The notes: a model not told the origin generated them from the sequence alone. DNA of 64,000 nt from Utricularia gibba (GCA_002189035.1 NEEC01000015.1:1984001-2048000); one strand, 5' to 3'; shown: positions 26,884-45,366, counted from the stretch's first letter. Made by a program: numbers and translations.

Positions 26884-27214
26884 TCTTCCCCAGAGTTCGA
26901 AGCTTATGAGGCTTCACGATCGAGTCTCCTGCGGCAAAGTGGAGAGAGGGGTATGTGGCTTTGTGCATGAATATGGCCGCCTCGTTAATTCGACACGTGT
27001 ACCAGATGAATATTTTTATCCAATCATTTTCATACAATTCATAATTAAAATGGAAAAAAAAATATAAACACGTGATTAGGGAAATTAGCCTAAAGCTTCC
27101 AATAACTCGCCGGTTTATCATACAATTAAGATGATTGCGTAATGGAAACAAATGGCAAGCAACGACCCTCCTCCAGAAAGGTAAAAAAAAAGGTTCCCCG
27201 CATGAGCTCCGCCG

Positions 27215-28442
27215 TCAACGAATCACACCTTCTCCGAGCCGGCAAGGCTTGCAGCAGAATGTGTGCTGGATCAGCTCAGCCACTTCTTCTGCGCTCACTT
27301 TGCACTCGATTCCGATCTACAAGTCATCGTTTTCAGTTAGCCAGTGAAATGCCCACCATGAGGTTGCTGCAAATAACCCTATATCTATCAAAAGTAGTAG
27401 TAGGTTTGGTGCATTAGTCACCCTTATCATCTGTTCGTCCTGCAACCTATGTGCAGAACAGTTAAGAAGAAAAGGGACGTGTGAGTGAGTGAGTGACTGG
27501 TTCCTGTACCAACATGTGTTTTCTGATCACCTTTTACTTTTTATTTTTTTAATGGAAACCCAAGAAACTGCTGTGGGGGAAGACTTGGTACCTTGATGGT
27601 GAAGGAGTAGATCATCTTGTCATCGAGGGTGTTGATGTTCACCTGAAGTATTTCCAAAGCAATTTCTTCCAGGGCGGAAATGATCCGGATGGCCTGGCCG
27701 GGGATTCGCGCAGAGATCGTTTTGAGTTGAAGATTTGGGCCGGAAAAGTTCACTTCGACTTCGGCAACGGCGGACTTGGAGCTTGCTGCGAGCTCATTTA
27801 TGCTGTCATTGATGGAAGAAGTGGAGGAGTTGCAGGGAGAAAGCTCCACCGGAAGAATGTTCCGGCCTGGCCTATACGGGCTTCCCGGCTGAGGAGTCTT
27901 CGGACTCAAACCCTGCCTCGGGCTGAAGACACCATCCATGTAACATTTTCTTTGTTTCTTGGATTCAAGGGATTGAATCACTTGTTGTAGCTCGTTGATG
28001 TAGTTGATAACCCCTTCTATTATTGATGCTTGATCTCCCTAATCGCATTATCACATCAAAATTCCAGCTCACGTAGTTAGCATGGAAAAGCTCACCCTGC
28101 TAAATTTTCATAACTAAGGTTTGGAGAGCATACTCTTTTGACATAGAAGCACGGCATGAACGACCGGAGGACGGTGAGGTGCTCGTTCATTTGCTTCCTC
28201 CGGTTGCGCTCCACCGAAATGTGCGACCGTGGCTGCTCCTCCTCCGCTGCCACCTTCCGCCGTTTCAACGGCGATGGCTCCAATTCGACGCTCTCCTTCT
28301 TGCTGACAGCCAGAGGATTCAAATGGGACGGCCTTTCAAGAGCCTCGAGGATGCTGAAAATGTCGTCGGGAGAAACAGGGGCTCCACCCCATAAAAATTG
28401 TGGCTCCATGAAGAGTTCAGACAAGTTGTGGTTTTCTTCCAT
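27215..28442 (-). CDS. SPCH: bHLH transcription factor SPEECHLESS, 3 exons
   Basis: SPDDIFSILEALE; HISVERNRRKQMNEHLTVLRSFMPCFYVKR|GDQASII; SP-rich MAPK target region (SPKTPQPGSPY); INELAASSKSAVAEVEV; EILQVNINT...FTIK|IGIECKVSAEEVAELIQHTFC. Confidence 0.92.
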
Positions 28443-30174
28443 TTCTTCCGGAGTTAAACCAATGAAATGAGCGTCTAGGGGGTCGCGGAGAGAAGAAAGG
28501 AATATGCAGCCTTCCTGGGAAAGGTATTGTCCATTTTTATTGGAAGGGAAGGTTTAAAAAAACTGGCGGTTGTCGTGCAGGCACCATGTCGGCATTGTCC
28601 GGACCTCCCCCACCGTGTAATAAGTGGGAACCTCACCGTGCCTTTCACATTTTGCAACTTGCCATTTTTTAAGCTGCCACTTCTGTTGTCACAACAACAA
28701 GCATAAGGTATGTTTCTTAGGTTTTTCAGTGGTTTTCAGCCTTGAAATTTGAGCAGAAACAATCCTTTCTACCTTTTCTCTAACCCCATGCTGTTCTTCT
28801 GCAAAAAGGTAGTTCCTATGAGAACAAGAAAAAGTCATCTCATTAAATACTAGTTTGATTTGAATGTGAATGTAAACTTAAACTTCATATGTGTTCACCC
28901 TACCCATACTTAATTTTTACAGTACCCTCACAGAAAACGGCACACTAAAAGCTCATTATCTTCACTCCCATGCACCGATTGGGCTCCATACGGGAAGCGA
29001 TGGCTGCTTAAAGAGCCAATTAAACCTGGGGTGAGCTTGGGAGCTGCACCATGAATACAGTTCCAGGCAGGGGGGGCCAAATAGGCAACCATCGGCCTCA
29101 TCTTCGATTACTGTACCTACTCTCGAGCAACGGATAGTGTATCAGGAACTAGCCTTGAATGCGGTAGCACGCCAGAAGCATGGATCTTTTCAAGTCCCGT
29201 TTTTATTGCTGGTGCCAAAAAATTTTCACGCAGCCAATTAAATCCCCCATATTTACTCTTCCTGCGGGTGCCGCAGCGTACGGGCTCCTTTCCTGGAGCT
29301 CAGCAGTCAGCAGTGAAGCCGAACTGAGATGTTTTTGCCTCGTTGGCGTGAGACTCCGTGTTTCATCTCCCTGCATTCACTTCTTCTGCACTTGAAACAA
29401 GGTGATGTATGCCAGGGGAGGACACGCAGACAACCAAGCACCAGAGACGGTTAAATTTTCAAATTTCTTTGGAGAGGACGGAGTAACTGTTACAAGGCAG
29501 AGGTGTGTCCTAAAAAAAAGTAATGTTGATTTAAAATAGAAAAAGACAAATGATATTTATTTCCAGAAAATCCATTTTTTTATTTCTAGAGGTTAGAAAG
29601 ATAACCTTTTTATCAATAATTTTTTTAAATACATATATCTAATTATACTTACAAAATTTGAAGAAAAAAACATCTTGTTTGTCTAAAATATTTTAATTTC
29701 TTTGATTTCAAATCACTATATGACATAACCTTTACCTCTTTTTATTTTCGTTGATAATTTTAATATAAGAACTATGACAACTCTCAATTCTCTTATTGAT
29801 TTCATTGGGGACGTAGCCTACCTCCATATTAGCTTTCCAAGTAGATAAAATAGATATGTTCTTATTTATTTGATTGTAAAATAGATAAAGTATATTGTGC
29901 TTATTTTATAATAATAAAAAATCATTGCTTTCAAATGGGGCCGACAAGCCAGATTCTCTCCATAGATGGCATCAACTAAGAAAAATAATAGTTTTTTTAA
30001 AAATATTATTAAAAAATAATAAGTGGGTCAATCTTGGGTCAGTAACAAGATGGTGGCCCAATGATGAGCTGTCTTGCGCAGCCCATTTAGGAAGAATCCA
30101 AATTCTAAAATGAAGAAATTCGTCGAGACGGAATTCTTACGGCGAGTGAAAACTACGGTTGTACTCTCGCCGAA

Positions 30175-31461
30175 ATGTCACGGTTTCTACTGGCATCACG
30201 GCCAGCTGCTGTGGATCTTCCGCCGCAGTATGATGAGGAACCCGCGTCCGACAATGGTGCTGATGGAAATGAGAATCAAGAGGTTGTCGAGGAATCTTCT
30301 CGTCCTGGCTCTGTTGGTGATTACATCGGTCTTCAATCAAGACCTTATCTTCTTAAGATTCTTGAGAAACAAGGTTTTCTTTTGTCTTGTCGTTGATTCA
30401 GCTCCTCAATCGTTTTTTCCTATTTTAATCTAAGATCTCGTTGCTTGATAGTCGAGATATTGCCTTCTGTGCTCGCTATCTTCGCATTTTTTAATGCGAT
30501 TTTTCAATTGTTAATTTTGGATCGTATGTAGATCTTCCTTCGAGGAGATGCAGTCACTCGTTATTTTCGATAGTTTGAGAAACGGAGTTTCGTTGCTTCT
30601 GTTCGTTATCTTCATTTTACTAGAATTTTGAAGCCGTGCCTGGTTAATGCAAGTTTTTTTCTTATCATTTCAAGGCATTCTTTTAAGCTGCCATAGAACA
30701 TCGACCCTTTTTGTGCTTTAGGAGTGATTTGTGGCCTGAACCTCATGATGTATTCCGCAGGTGACAGAAAGGTTCTCTTTGCTGATAAAGTACTCAAGTT
30801 CACTAGCTCAGGGAAGATTAAAAGGCGCATTCTTCTGATAACTAGTCGTGCCATATATATTGTGGACCCTGAAGCCGATGTGCTCAAACGAAGGATCGCT
30901 TTGGCGGCTGTTGAGAAAGTCTACTTAAGTGAATTAGATGATAACTTCTTTGCTATTAATGTTCTGTATGAGTATGATGTACTGATGGCCAGCACTAGGA
31001 AGACGCAGATTGTGGAAGTCCTAGTAGAGGTAACGAGAACTGCGTCGGACTATGAACTTGAGGTTTCTCGGCTTAACAGGTAAACATTCTCCTCTATAGT
31101 ACGCGTGAATTAGTTCTTCTAATATAGAACCTGAGATTTTACATAGTGTAGATTTGAACATGATTATATTGTATTATCAGGTTAAGATCTAGTGGGGGCG
31201 GGCCTCCTGATCCATGTTATCGTTAATGAATTACTGTTCTTTGCATTTGTGGTGCCAAATCTAACTGGGGTCATTTCTCATTGCTTTAGCTTTGAGTACA
31301 ACGCAGCAGCTAATCTCATCAAGGAAATCCAGTTTGAGTTGGTTGAAGGTCAGTGCTTAAGTAGTTGTGAATCTTTCATATTTTGTACTTTGAGCTTTTC
31401 GGTTAATGAACACAGCCTTTATCTTTCAGGTCTTGTGAAAACAAGAATTCTTCAGAAGTGA
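30175..31461 (+). CDS. Stand-alone myosin-tail TH1-like domain protein (myosin IB heavy chain-like), 4 exons
   Basis: DYIGLQSRPYLLKILEKQ|GDRKVLFADKVLKFTSSGKIKRRILLIT...LKRRIALAAVEKVYLSELDDNFFAI...STRKTQIV|FEYNAAANLIKEIQFELVE|GLVKTRILQK*. Confidence 0.85.
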
Positions 31462-31872
31462 TTGCCCCCCCCCCCCCCCCTCCCTTCATGGAAACTAAAT
31501 CCACCACTTGGTGACTTCAATATACCTCAATGTGTACGTGCTTGTAACAGAAGCTTTTTTTTTTCCAGATAGCCATGTAAATGTTGAAACCTTGCACCAG
31601 ATTATGATAACATTGAAGCATGATAGTCTTTGTAGTTGCAATCTGAATCGTTTTCTATGTAAAGTTGTTCACTTTGTGGTAGAGATCTCAAATAAGCAGT
31701 CGCGCAAAATGCACTAATAGCCGTATTCTATAAAACTACAGATCAGTCTGTTGCAGTTAACACGCACTAACTTTATGATCAAGATGTCCAAAGTCAAGGT
31801 GATTCTGTGATCGAAGAAACATGGAAGGAGTGTGAAGCGACTACAGATGAAGGCTCCAGATCATCATCATCA

Positions 31873-32022
31873 TCAAGGGTAGGAATAGAAGCAGCAGAAA
31901 CAGCGGCAGCATCGCCGGAAGCAGCTGCAACGACACCATCTTATCGGCGGCGGAGGCCTCTCACGATCCCGATTCCCGGCGGCTGAGGACGCCGCGGTTG
32001 CGGTCGCTCGTGGAATTTCCAT
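31873..32022 (-). CDS. Candidate small Cys-rich protein (49 aa), unannotated
   Basis: MEIPRATATAASSAAGNRDRERPPPPIRWCRCSCFRRCCRCFCCFYSYP* in a GC-rich island; three ACGCGT motifs upstream; below the ORF-track length cutoff. Confidence 0.35.
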   Translation of the reverse strand: MEIPRATATAASSAAGNRDRERPPPPIRWCRCSCFRRCCRCFCCFYSYP

Positions 32023-32287
32023 CGACAAACGCGTCCGTTGTTCCTAGTCTACGGGTACGCGTGTAACTAACGAACGAATCCTCATATCTTTTTCCTTCTT
32101 TTTGAAAGAGCACACGCGTAAAACAAAAGTAACCCGCCTTGGGATGCTTGAGGAATCAAACCCTTTAAAATAAACCGCATAAGACTTGGAAATATGTACA
32201 ACAATATTCAGTGAAAAACCATACAACATGACGAGGGAGACGAGCAAAATAGCAGCATCGGTATGGATAATGAATATTTTTAGGGAT

Positions 32288-33616
32288 TCAGGAGGCACTG
32301 TTGAGAAAATGAGCCAGCGCCTTGTCAGCATCATTGTCGTAGATCAGCAAGGCTTCGGCAATGGCGTCAGGAGAGAATCCCATTTCTCGGAGAAGAGAAT
32401 ACCCTTCGCAAAACTCCTTAACCTAAAACATTAACACGCCACAAAATCAACAACTTATTGCTGCAAATCCATCTGATTTAAGGCGCATATGAAGGAAATG
32501 TAATGACGGCCAAATGACATAGATTCGTCTTCTTTACATGCAAATGCTTTTCATAATGTAACACACTGTGGAGGTTTGATTTCAAACCTCCGTCTGGGAG
32601 CATGTCCCTTGAAGCACGAATAGGGCAAGCGTAAGAGATGATGACTATGGGACTATGCAGTGTGTTCCTTGCAGCTTGTATTTTAAAGTGCAACAAGATT
32701 ATACACCAACATATTTTCATGAATTTCAAGAGGGCTTCACTATTAAAACAAGAGGAATGGGCAGGGATTCACATTTAAAGTTCAATACGCATTCAGCCAC
32801 ATCAAGACACAAGTTTTCATACTGTGAAACCAACAGCAGATAATAGAAGTTCACCTTGGTGGGATTGTCTCCGAAATTGGCAACTGCATGTGGCACAGCC
32901 TCTCTATTAAGACCCGAGGCTAGGTACTTGCTCACTACTGGATCAGTTGCTGAACCTGGCATCTGCACATAAGGTTTTGAGATAATGATCACCTAAACTA
33001 CAGCTTACGCCATGTGGATCATCAGCATTTTCCTGAATATTCAAACGGGAAACATACATAAGGAGACTCAGGTGGCTTCTGAGGACCATTTTCCAGTCCC
33101 CCAAGGCGACTCCAGTTTGGTTTCTCTTTAGTTGACTCAGCGATCACATTCCTTTCGTATTCGAAATCGAAATGAAAGTTGCTTCGAGGAACATCCCCCA
33201 TTTGAGGCAACAAGGTCGGCTACAGAATTCCAGAAACTATCATTTTGGAATCTATCAGAAAAACAACTGATGATATGGATAAATTTGAATCCAATTACCG
33301 GTGGCGTTATTCGATATTTTGGACTGACACCGACCCTAATCCCCACCACGCCTTCAGATCGAAAAACAAGAGTGATACACCATAACGCGTAGAAACCATT
33401 CCGCTACAAGTCACAAAGCAAATCGCACATACCTGTGGACGGGGGAGCCGGAGCAAGGTGATACGGAGGGTTTCGGATAGAGCTTCCGGAGGAGTGAGAT
33501 CCGGATCCGGAAATCTTCGGATACATGGAAGGGTGAACGGCGGAGGACGCGGTGGCGGGACGATTGAACGATGAATCGTACGAAGAACCGCTGCTTTTCC
33601 TGAAATCGTACTCCAT
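32288..33616 (-). CDS. UBA-like / UBAP1-type protein (UMA-like motif plus C-terminal UBA-like domain), 5 exons
   Basis: MEYDFRK...GIRVGVSPKYRITPP|...PRSNFHFDFEYERNVIAE...DPVVSKYLASGLNREAVPHAVANFGDNPTK|VKEFCEGYSLLREMGFSPDAIAEALLIYDNDADKALAHFLNSAS*. Confidence 0.87.
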
Positions 33617-35451
33617 CAAAACCCGAGACAAACAAACAAACCGGCGTGGGCACCCCTTCTCTCCTTTTTATCACAATTGGGCTCACTTTAAATGGGCTTT
33701 ATACCCTCCCCTCCAGCCCACCACCCTGTCCGGCTGAAGCCCATTTATTGGAGTCCAAATTAATAAATAAAACGTGCAAACAAAAATTAGATATAACGGG
33801 GGGCCCATCTGACGTCACTGCTTAAGTGGGTTTCCCCTATTTATACTATTTATTTATTTTCCATCATTACTATGGTTGTCGTCCTTGTCAATGCCTCACC
33901 TACAAACAAGGAACAACATGAGGGGCCACCGCCCCTTTCATTTCCAAGACAGGAGCCCGCGTATTGTCCTCTTCTGACTAATGAGCACATTTTACTTAAT
34001 TCCGGCCATAAATATATAGCCTCCATTTTCAAATACCAGGCCCAGACCAAGAACTTTTCTTTAATTGTTTATTTAATGTCTAATTATGGAAATTATTTCG
34101 ATTTCTCAAACGTTTCTCTCCAATACTCGATAATAGTAAGTGTTGGAGTCGGTGCGGAGGAGGGGTTTCCTCCCTCCCATATTAAGAAAATTATTTCTAG
34201 ACTAATAATTATAGTAATTAATACAAAGAATGTCGTCACATCCTAAACCTTGTGGCCGGTCCAGTGGGCCCCATATTCCCTATTTTCCTTTCTTTCCTCA
34301 ATTAAGTATGAATTATTAAAATAAAATGCTGTAGTAAACAAAACTCTGTTTGACATAAAAAAAACTTATTTAATTTTTAAATTAATCTGAACCCAAGTCT
34401 ATTTTTATTTTCTTAAAAAAATATATTATTGTCATTAAATTTGATTCCATTGTGGTCTTCCCTGAGAGAAACACAAGTCCAAGCTTGCTTTCGCCTGCTA
34501 ACCATTCTGTGGCTGTCATTCGCATGGTCCGGTTTTGAGCATCCATCCGCAATCACATGATTCGATTCCAATTTATTATTATTCTTATTGTTATTATATG
34601 ATGCATGATTGCATTTATTTTAAAATGCTTTTATATGGGCTGCAAGTGTACTGAAGATGGAAAAAGCTGGAAATTGTTTGCTTTAAATAAAAGTGTATTT
34701 TTATATTAATAAAACGGGATGAAATTAATTTTTAAAAATGTTTTTCGTTTTCTTGATCGTGTGTCAAGAGCCGACACTCGATTTTATGGCTGACAGTTGA
34801 AAGGAATGGGAGATCTCATTATAGAGGGGCTGGTTGATGCATCTACGGATTCTCTCATGCACCCTGAATTCAACAATAGTGGTGCGTTTCACTTTTCATC
34901 GCCTCAATCATGAAGTCCAGTGGCGCGGCTTGCTTCTTCTCGCCTGAATTGGCGTTCAGATGATGAGTTGAACACGGAAACTCCATTTCTGTGAGAAGGA
35001 AACGAGCGTCTTGGTTTCTGGGGTTTTTCGGGTTAGTTGTTCGAAATTTTCTATTTTTCTTCCAGTCTGCTCATCTTTTAGATTGATAATTGAGTTGTGA
35101 CTTGGGATTACTGGATGGGTTTAGGTAGTGGCATTAATCGTTTTGGGATTTTGTCGGTTCCTGGTTGGCGACTTCATTTTTTCTTCTTTCTTGTATGCGT
35201 GTGCCTGTTCTGTTCTGTAGTGTTATGGCAGGGTTTGGCAAAAAGCTGTCTGAAAAAGTTGACTACATCGTATACAGAAGCTACACTCTTTTGCATTGAG
35301 ATTTGGCCTGTTTTAATGTGGACCACTTATTTGCTTCCACTTTGTTTTTTTCCGTTGCAAGAACAGCTGCTTCAGAAGTTTTTATGACAACTCCTTCTCT
35401 GTTCTGCTTCAGGTGAGCTATAGAGGTACCAGGGGAGAGAGAAGCCCAGAA

Positions 35452-40716
<5,265 letters not shown>

Positions 40717-40869
40717 ATTCTTTCTCTTTGATCATGGATTTTTTTTGTTTTTTTATCACGTGCCTTAATTATGTGTTGACGTGTAATATGTATTTAAATA
40801 ATGAATAATAATTATTTCTCAACTATAAATATATGCATACGTTAATGTCCGCCGCTCGCATTTTCATGT

Positions 40870-40877
40870 TTTCCCGC
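40870..40877 (+). promoter_or_regulatory. E2F-binding site TTTCCCGC
   Basis: Exact TTTSSCGS consensus about 95 bp upstream of the Treslin-like ATG. Confidence 0.7.
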
Positions 40878-40971
40878 GCAAAAATCGGAAAACCGACCAG
40901 GGTTCGTGGATTGGGGCCGATGCGATGCGAGCGCGCTCGATGCTAGTCCCGCCGCCTTGCAGGGGATTCCG

Positions 40972-43900
40972 ATGGCGTTGCCTGTAAATTTGACGCCGTT
41001 GAACTTCTCGAAAACTCAGCGCATCGTTCTCCTCGTAGATCTGCACCCTCTTTTGACGCTCGGAGACGCTTCGTCGTACATCTCCGTTGTGAAATCCGCT
41101 GCCGCTCGACTTCTTGGATTCCCTCCGATCTCGACAGCCTTATTTGCGTACAAATTCTTCTTCTCCTCTGTTTCTCCGTGCGGATCAGAGTCTCTTCTCC
41201 GGAGTCAACTGTCGTCTTCTTGCTTCTCCTTCAGTACGCCGAGTCAGACCCTGGACACATTTTTCATTAATTTGAAGTCTATTTGCGGGTGCGTGCTGTC
41301 TGATCTTCCGATAGCACAATGTGGCATGCGAGCTTCGAATGCTGTGAGTTCTTTGCTTCAATTGGCTCAAGACTACGCTTGGGAAATCGAAAATGTTACT
41401 GGAATTGGGGAGGGGGAGTTTACAGGCGACCACTTTATGAAAATTGGCTCCAATCTGGTTGTCTTGTTCTCACCCATCAGTGAATGCTTTAGATCCTTAG
41501 ACGACTATCTGGAGTCGCGCGAGTTAGTTAAAGTTTTTGGCGCGGTGAGGGAAGAATTGGTTACGAGGGACATTCATCTATGCTGGATTGATGTTAAGAG
41601 CGATAAACTTGGAGTTGAAGATACTAGTCAGAATCAAACTACGAATGTTGATCAATTAGTGAAATTTGAGGATGGGATAAGGAAACTGGGATGGGCTATT
41701 TGTTCTAGCGATCTGCTCAACTTCGTCTCTGCTTTGTTGCCATTTGGGTTGGTGTGTCCCAAGATCTGGTCTTCGTCCAAATTCATGGATTTTGGTGGTT
41801 TGGAGAAGGGAAACTGCACTGGAGACCTGATTCTCACAATAAAGGACATAAATGGTAGTCCAATGGAATGCAAATGCTTTGATATTGAGTTTAAGACTTT
41901 AAAAACTTTTTCAGGTAATGCAGTGCATTCTAGAGAATTGCGGTTGTTTGCGGATGAGATTCCTGGACTGGATGGTGCTGGGGACGGATCTTTGAAACTG
42001 CATATTAGGAGTGTTCACAAGTTTGATGAGATGATAGATATCGGAGGCTTTTCGCAGATTCTCTTAGTAAAAGAATATTCTGCAGAATCAGAAAAAAGAA
42101 GAAAGAAGAGTAGTGGTGACTTCGTCTTGGATAAATTTGTTGAAATGATGCACATGGAAATGAATGGGGTTCCTAGATTTCAGGTCCCGATTTGGCAAAT
42201 CCTTTTGAGTTTTCTACACAAAAAAGATTATTGGGCGTTGGTCTGTCTCTCCAATACGAATGGAGATAGATTCACCGCTTGTCTGAGTCCCTTCACGACT
42301 CATTTAGCTTTTCTCTGTATATTCGATGTAGTTCATTCTCCTCCTGTTGATAAGGTTTCATCAAAGTTGAGCATTATAGCAGATGCTGATACCCGGAAAA
42401 CATTGTTATCTGAGGACAATAATGAACTAAGCAGGTGTCTTGGTTCCCAACATAGTACCTCAACTTCTGGTCGTGAGCTACCTGGAAGTAGGAAAAGGAA
42501 GAACCAGAAGCCTCAGTCTCAGGTGGATGACTCAGATGCTTGTATCAGTTCCCAAACCAGCACCTCAACCTCTGGTAATTGCAGGACCTTTGAAACCCTG
42601 AAAAGGGTGAAGATTCAAAGGCATCACTACAAGGATTTAACATGGAATTCCTTCTACAACTCAGCCTTGCAAGGATATAATTTTGATTTGTTTGAGCTAT
42701 ACTTTGCAAAACTTGTTGAAAAACCTAAGAAGCTCAAGTTTCTTAGATGTTGGATGAAACAGAATGCTCGCCCTTCTTGCTTGATGTCAATGCCTGGATT
42801 TAAGCATCAAGCGGAGTCATCGTTTTGTGATGAACTAGTTTATGAGCCATCATCAACAAGAGTAGATGCATTGACTGTTCATGAATCAGAGTCGCCAGCA
42901 AGCTTTTTCAACGGCCTAAGTGAGAGGATCAAACATGGGTTGGAATCGGGTATGGATTTGCACAGCCTCGTACAGCGAGTTATCGAGTCATCATGCAGTT
43001 GGTTGAACCATCAAGATGAAAATGAAGGGAATTGTAAAAACCAGGAAAACTTAGGAGGGAGCTCCGTTGATTCGTGGAATACATCTTCTTTAGACAGATT
43101 GATCGGAGTTCTTCTGAAATCACCCAAGGAAATGAAGAAAATCCACCATGACTCAGACGTTTCATCTTCTGAAACCACAGTAAAAGAGTATCCTTTCATG
43201 TCGTTATAACTATCTTTTATAAACTTTGCAATTTATTGTTTTTATAAGCATCATCTAAGATTAGTGCTGCAAAGAAACTCCCTGGATGTAGGAGGTTGTC
43301 ATGTTGCCTATCAAGGATTTCCCTTAACATTGTGTTAGATATGAAATGCAGATATTTCTTCGGATGGAGATTCTGAGATCTGATCTTTCAAGAAAAATGG
43401 GTGAATCCAGAAAAGCAAAGTTGCTTAAGGATGTATGCTCTTTGTTGGAGATCATTCAGTACCTTGTGGCTGGGGGCATTCATGGCCATATCAGCCTATA
43501 CGATTATGCTGAACAGACCATAAGAGCCAGGTAAGCATGCACATTCGATTCTTATGAGTGTCCTTCATATTTCAACTGCGTGAGCACATTGGTGCAGGTA
43601 CTCAGCTGATCTGTTAGATGTGGTAAATGAGATATACAAGCAGATGGACTTGCTGCCATTTGGCGAAGAAGATGAAACTCCCAATTTCCATCTCAACAGC
43701 GAGGAAAGCAATCAGTCTTGGAAAGAGAAGCAGGATGCAAGCGAAAAGCCAAATCCATTCTCAACAGAGGCTGAATCCTCTTGGCTTTCCTCATCTTCCT
43801 CCAAAGAAGCAGATTCTGATCACCACCGCATCCTCAACGAAGCTCGTGAGAAACGGGAGCGAGCTAGACGATTCTCACATTTCACAAGCAAGTCTCGAGA

Positions 43901-44123
43901 CATACACAGAGTCCGGGCAGTAAGGCCAGCCAAGACAGTGAAAAGTGAGATTGATTCCTTGTCAAACAAACCCAAAGCTGTGACTAGGCATGATGCTGAT
44001 GATGACCACATCGTGGTTTGCGAGACTCCCTTGACAGCAAAGACAAGGCCCAGTAATGGCACCCAAATTGAGGTAAGTTACTCCATTTCCAGAGCATTGT
44101 TTCAAGACACCAGTAGCTGCTAA
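40972..44123 (+). CDS. Treslin/TICRR-like DNA replication initiation factor, 3 exons
   Basis: KTQRIVLLVDLHPLL...FAYKFFFSS resembles the plant Treslin N domain; LKFLRCWMKQ; KEYEMQIFLRMEIL; REKRERARRFSHFTS; VCETP; E2F site upstream. Confidence 0.78.
43188..43338 (+). other. U12-type (minor spliceosome) GT-AG intron
   Basis: Donor GTATCCTTT, branch site TTCCCTTAAC close to TTAG; removal gives V-K-E-Y-E-M-Q-I-F-L-R. Confidence 0.85.
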
Positions 44124-45366
44124 CAGTACAAATGCAGTCCATGTATGTGCTCTTGTTGATCACATCCTTCGTTTGTGATCATTTGCTAGCTGGGGAAAAA
44201 AAAATATTTTTTAAAGAAAGGCAGGAGTAGGTCATGAATGACTTAACCTAAAACTTCATAAATGTGTGTATCCAAGAATATCGTACCGCACGTAATGAAA
44301 AGTAGGCGGGGAACACGACATTTGACTAACAAATGGGCCAGGTTTGAATTGATTTTTAGTACTATGATTAATCTTTTATTTTTTTTTAAAAAAAACTCAG
44401 AGCATGAAGATAAATTAGCGAGGGATTTTGGAGGTGTTCCATACTTAATATGTGTTTGGTTATATTTTTTAAAAGATAATTTATTATAATATTTCTAATA
44501 AAATTAGAAATCCTTTGTATTTAATAAATAAAAAGTTTAGTGAAAACTTACCCTAACAATAAAAGAATATTAATGAAAATAAAAAGAGTTTTTAAAGGTA
44601 TTTCATATGTCGTATTTTGATATTAAAAGAACGATAAAGATTTCAGATAAACTTAATGTTCTTTAACATAATTTATGAAGTACCAATAAATATGAATATA
44701 AGAAATCAATATTTTTGAAAAATTAAGCTGATATAAATATATAAATAATATATTAAATATTTAATATATATATATATATATGAATATGTATTTTTAAAAT
44801 TTTTTATAACTATAAATATATATATATTTATATTTAATATTTTTACTAATAAAAAAATCAAAAGACCCTCCAAACCGAGTTGGTGGTGGGTAATGGAATT
44901 GGGTAGTGGAGCACTCTGCCCAGCCCTTTGAATATTTATTCTTTTCTTGTTAAGTGGTAATAGAAATTCCTGGTAAGTGGTAACTTATTTTACTGTGCGC
45001 ATTTACAGAGTTAATTTAAACAGTGAATAACATATGGATAGTGGGGTAAATAATGATTTTGACTTCTTTTTTTTGTAACTTTTACATTGAACTGGTCAAT
45101 TCCTCTACGGTTTAGTGGTCAACTCTCCCCACTTTGAAAGCTCTCATTCCATTATTGACCGATTAATTTCTTAATAAATAAATCGTACTTGATAATTTAC
45201 TTTATTTAACACCATGAATTTTATAATTACACGCTAATGCTTATATTATATCATTCTTTAGGGAAATATGCTCTTATATTATTAATTTTGACAGTGATGT
45301 TTATTTGCGCAACCTACTTGAAATTGTGTGTGCACATTCATGATTTGCAGGAGTTGACGATTGTGA

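Noticed and set aside
31780-31986. Plus-strand frame ending RRRRPLTIPIPGG*
   Set aside because: No in-frame ATG or usable acceptor after the upstream TAA; antisense to the better minus-strand candidates.
44420-44880. Possible MITE (tttggagg / cctccaaa)
   Set aside because: Only an 8-bp inverted match, no target-site duplication.
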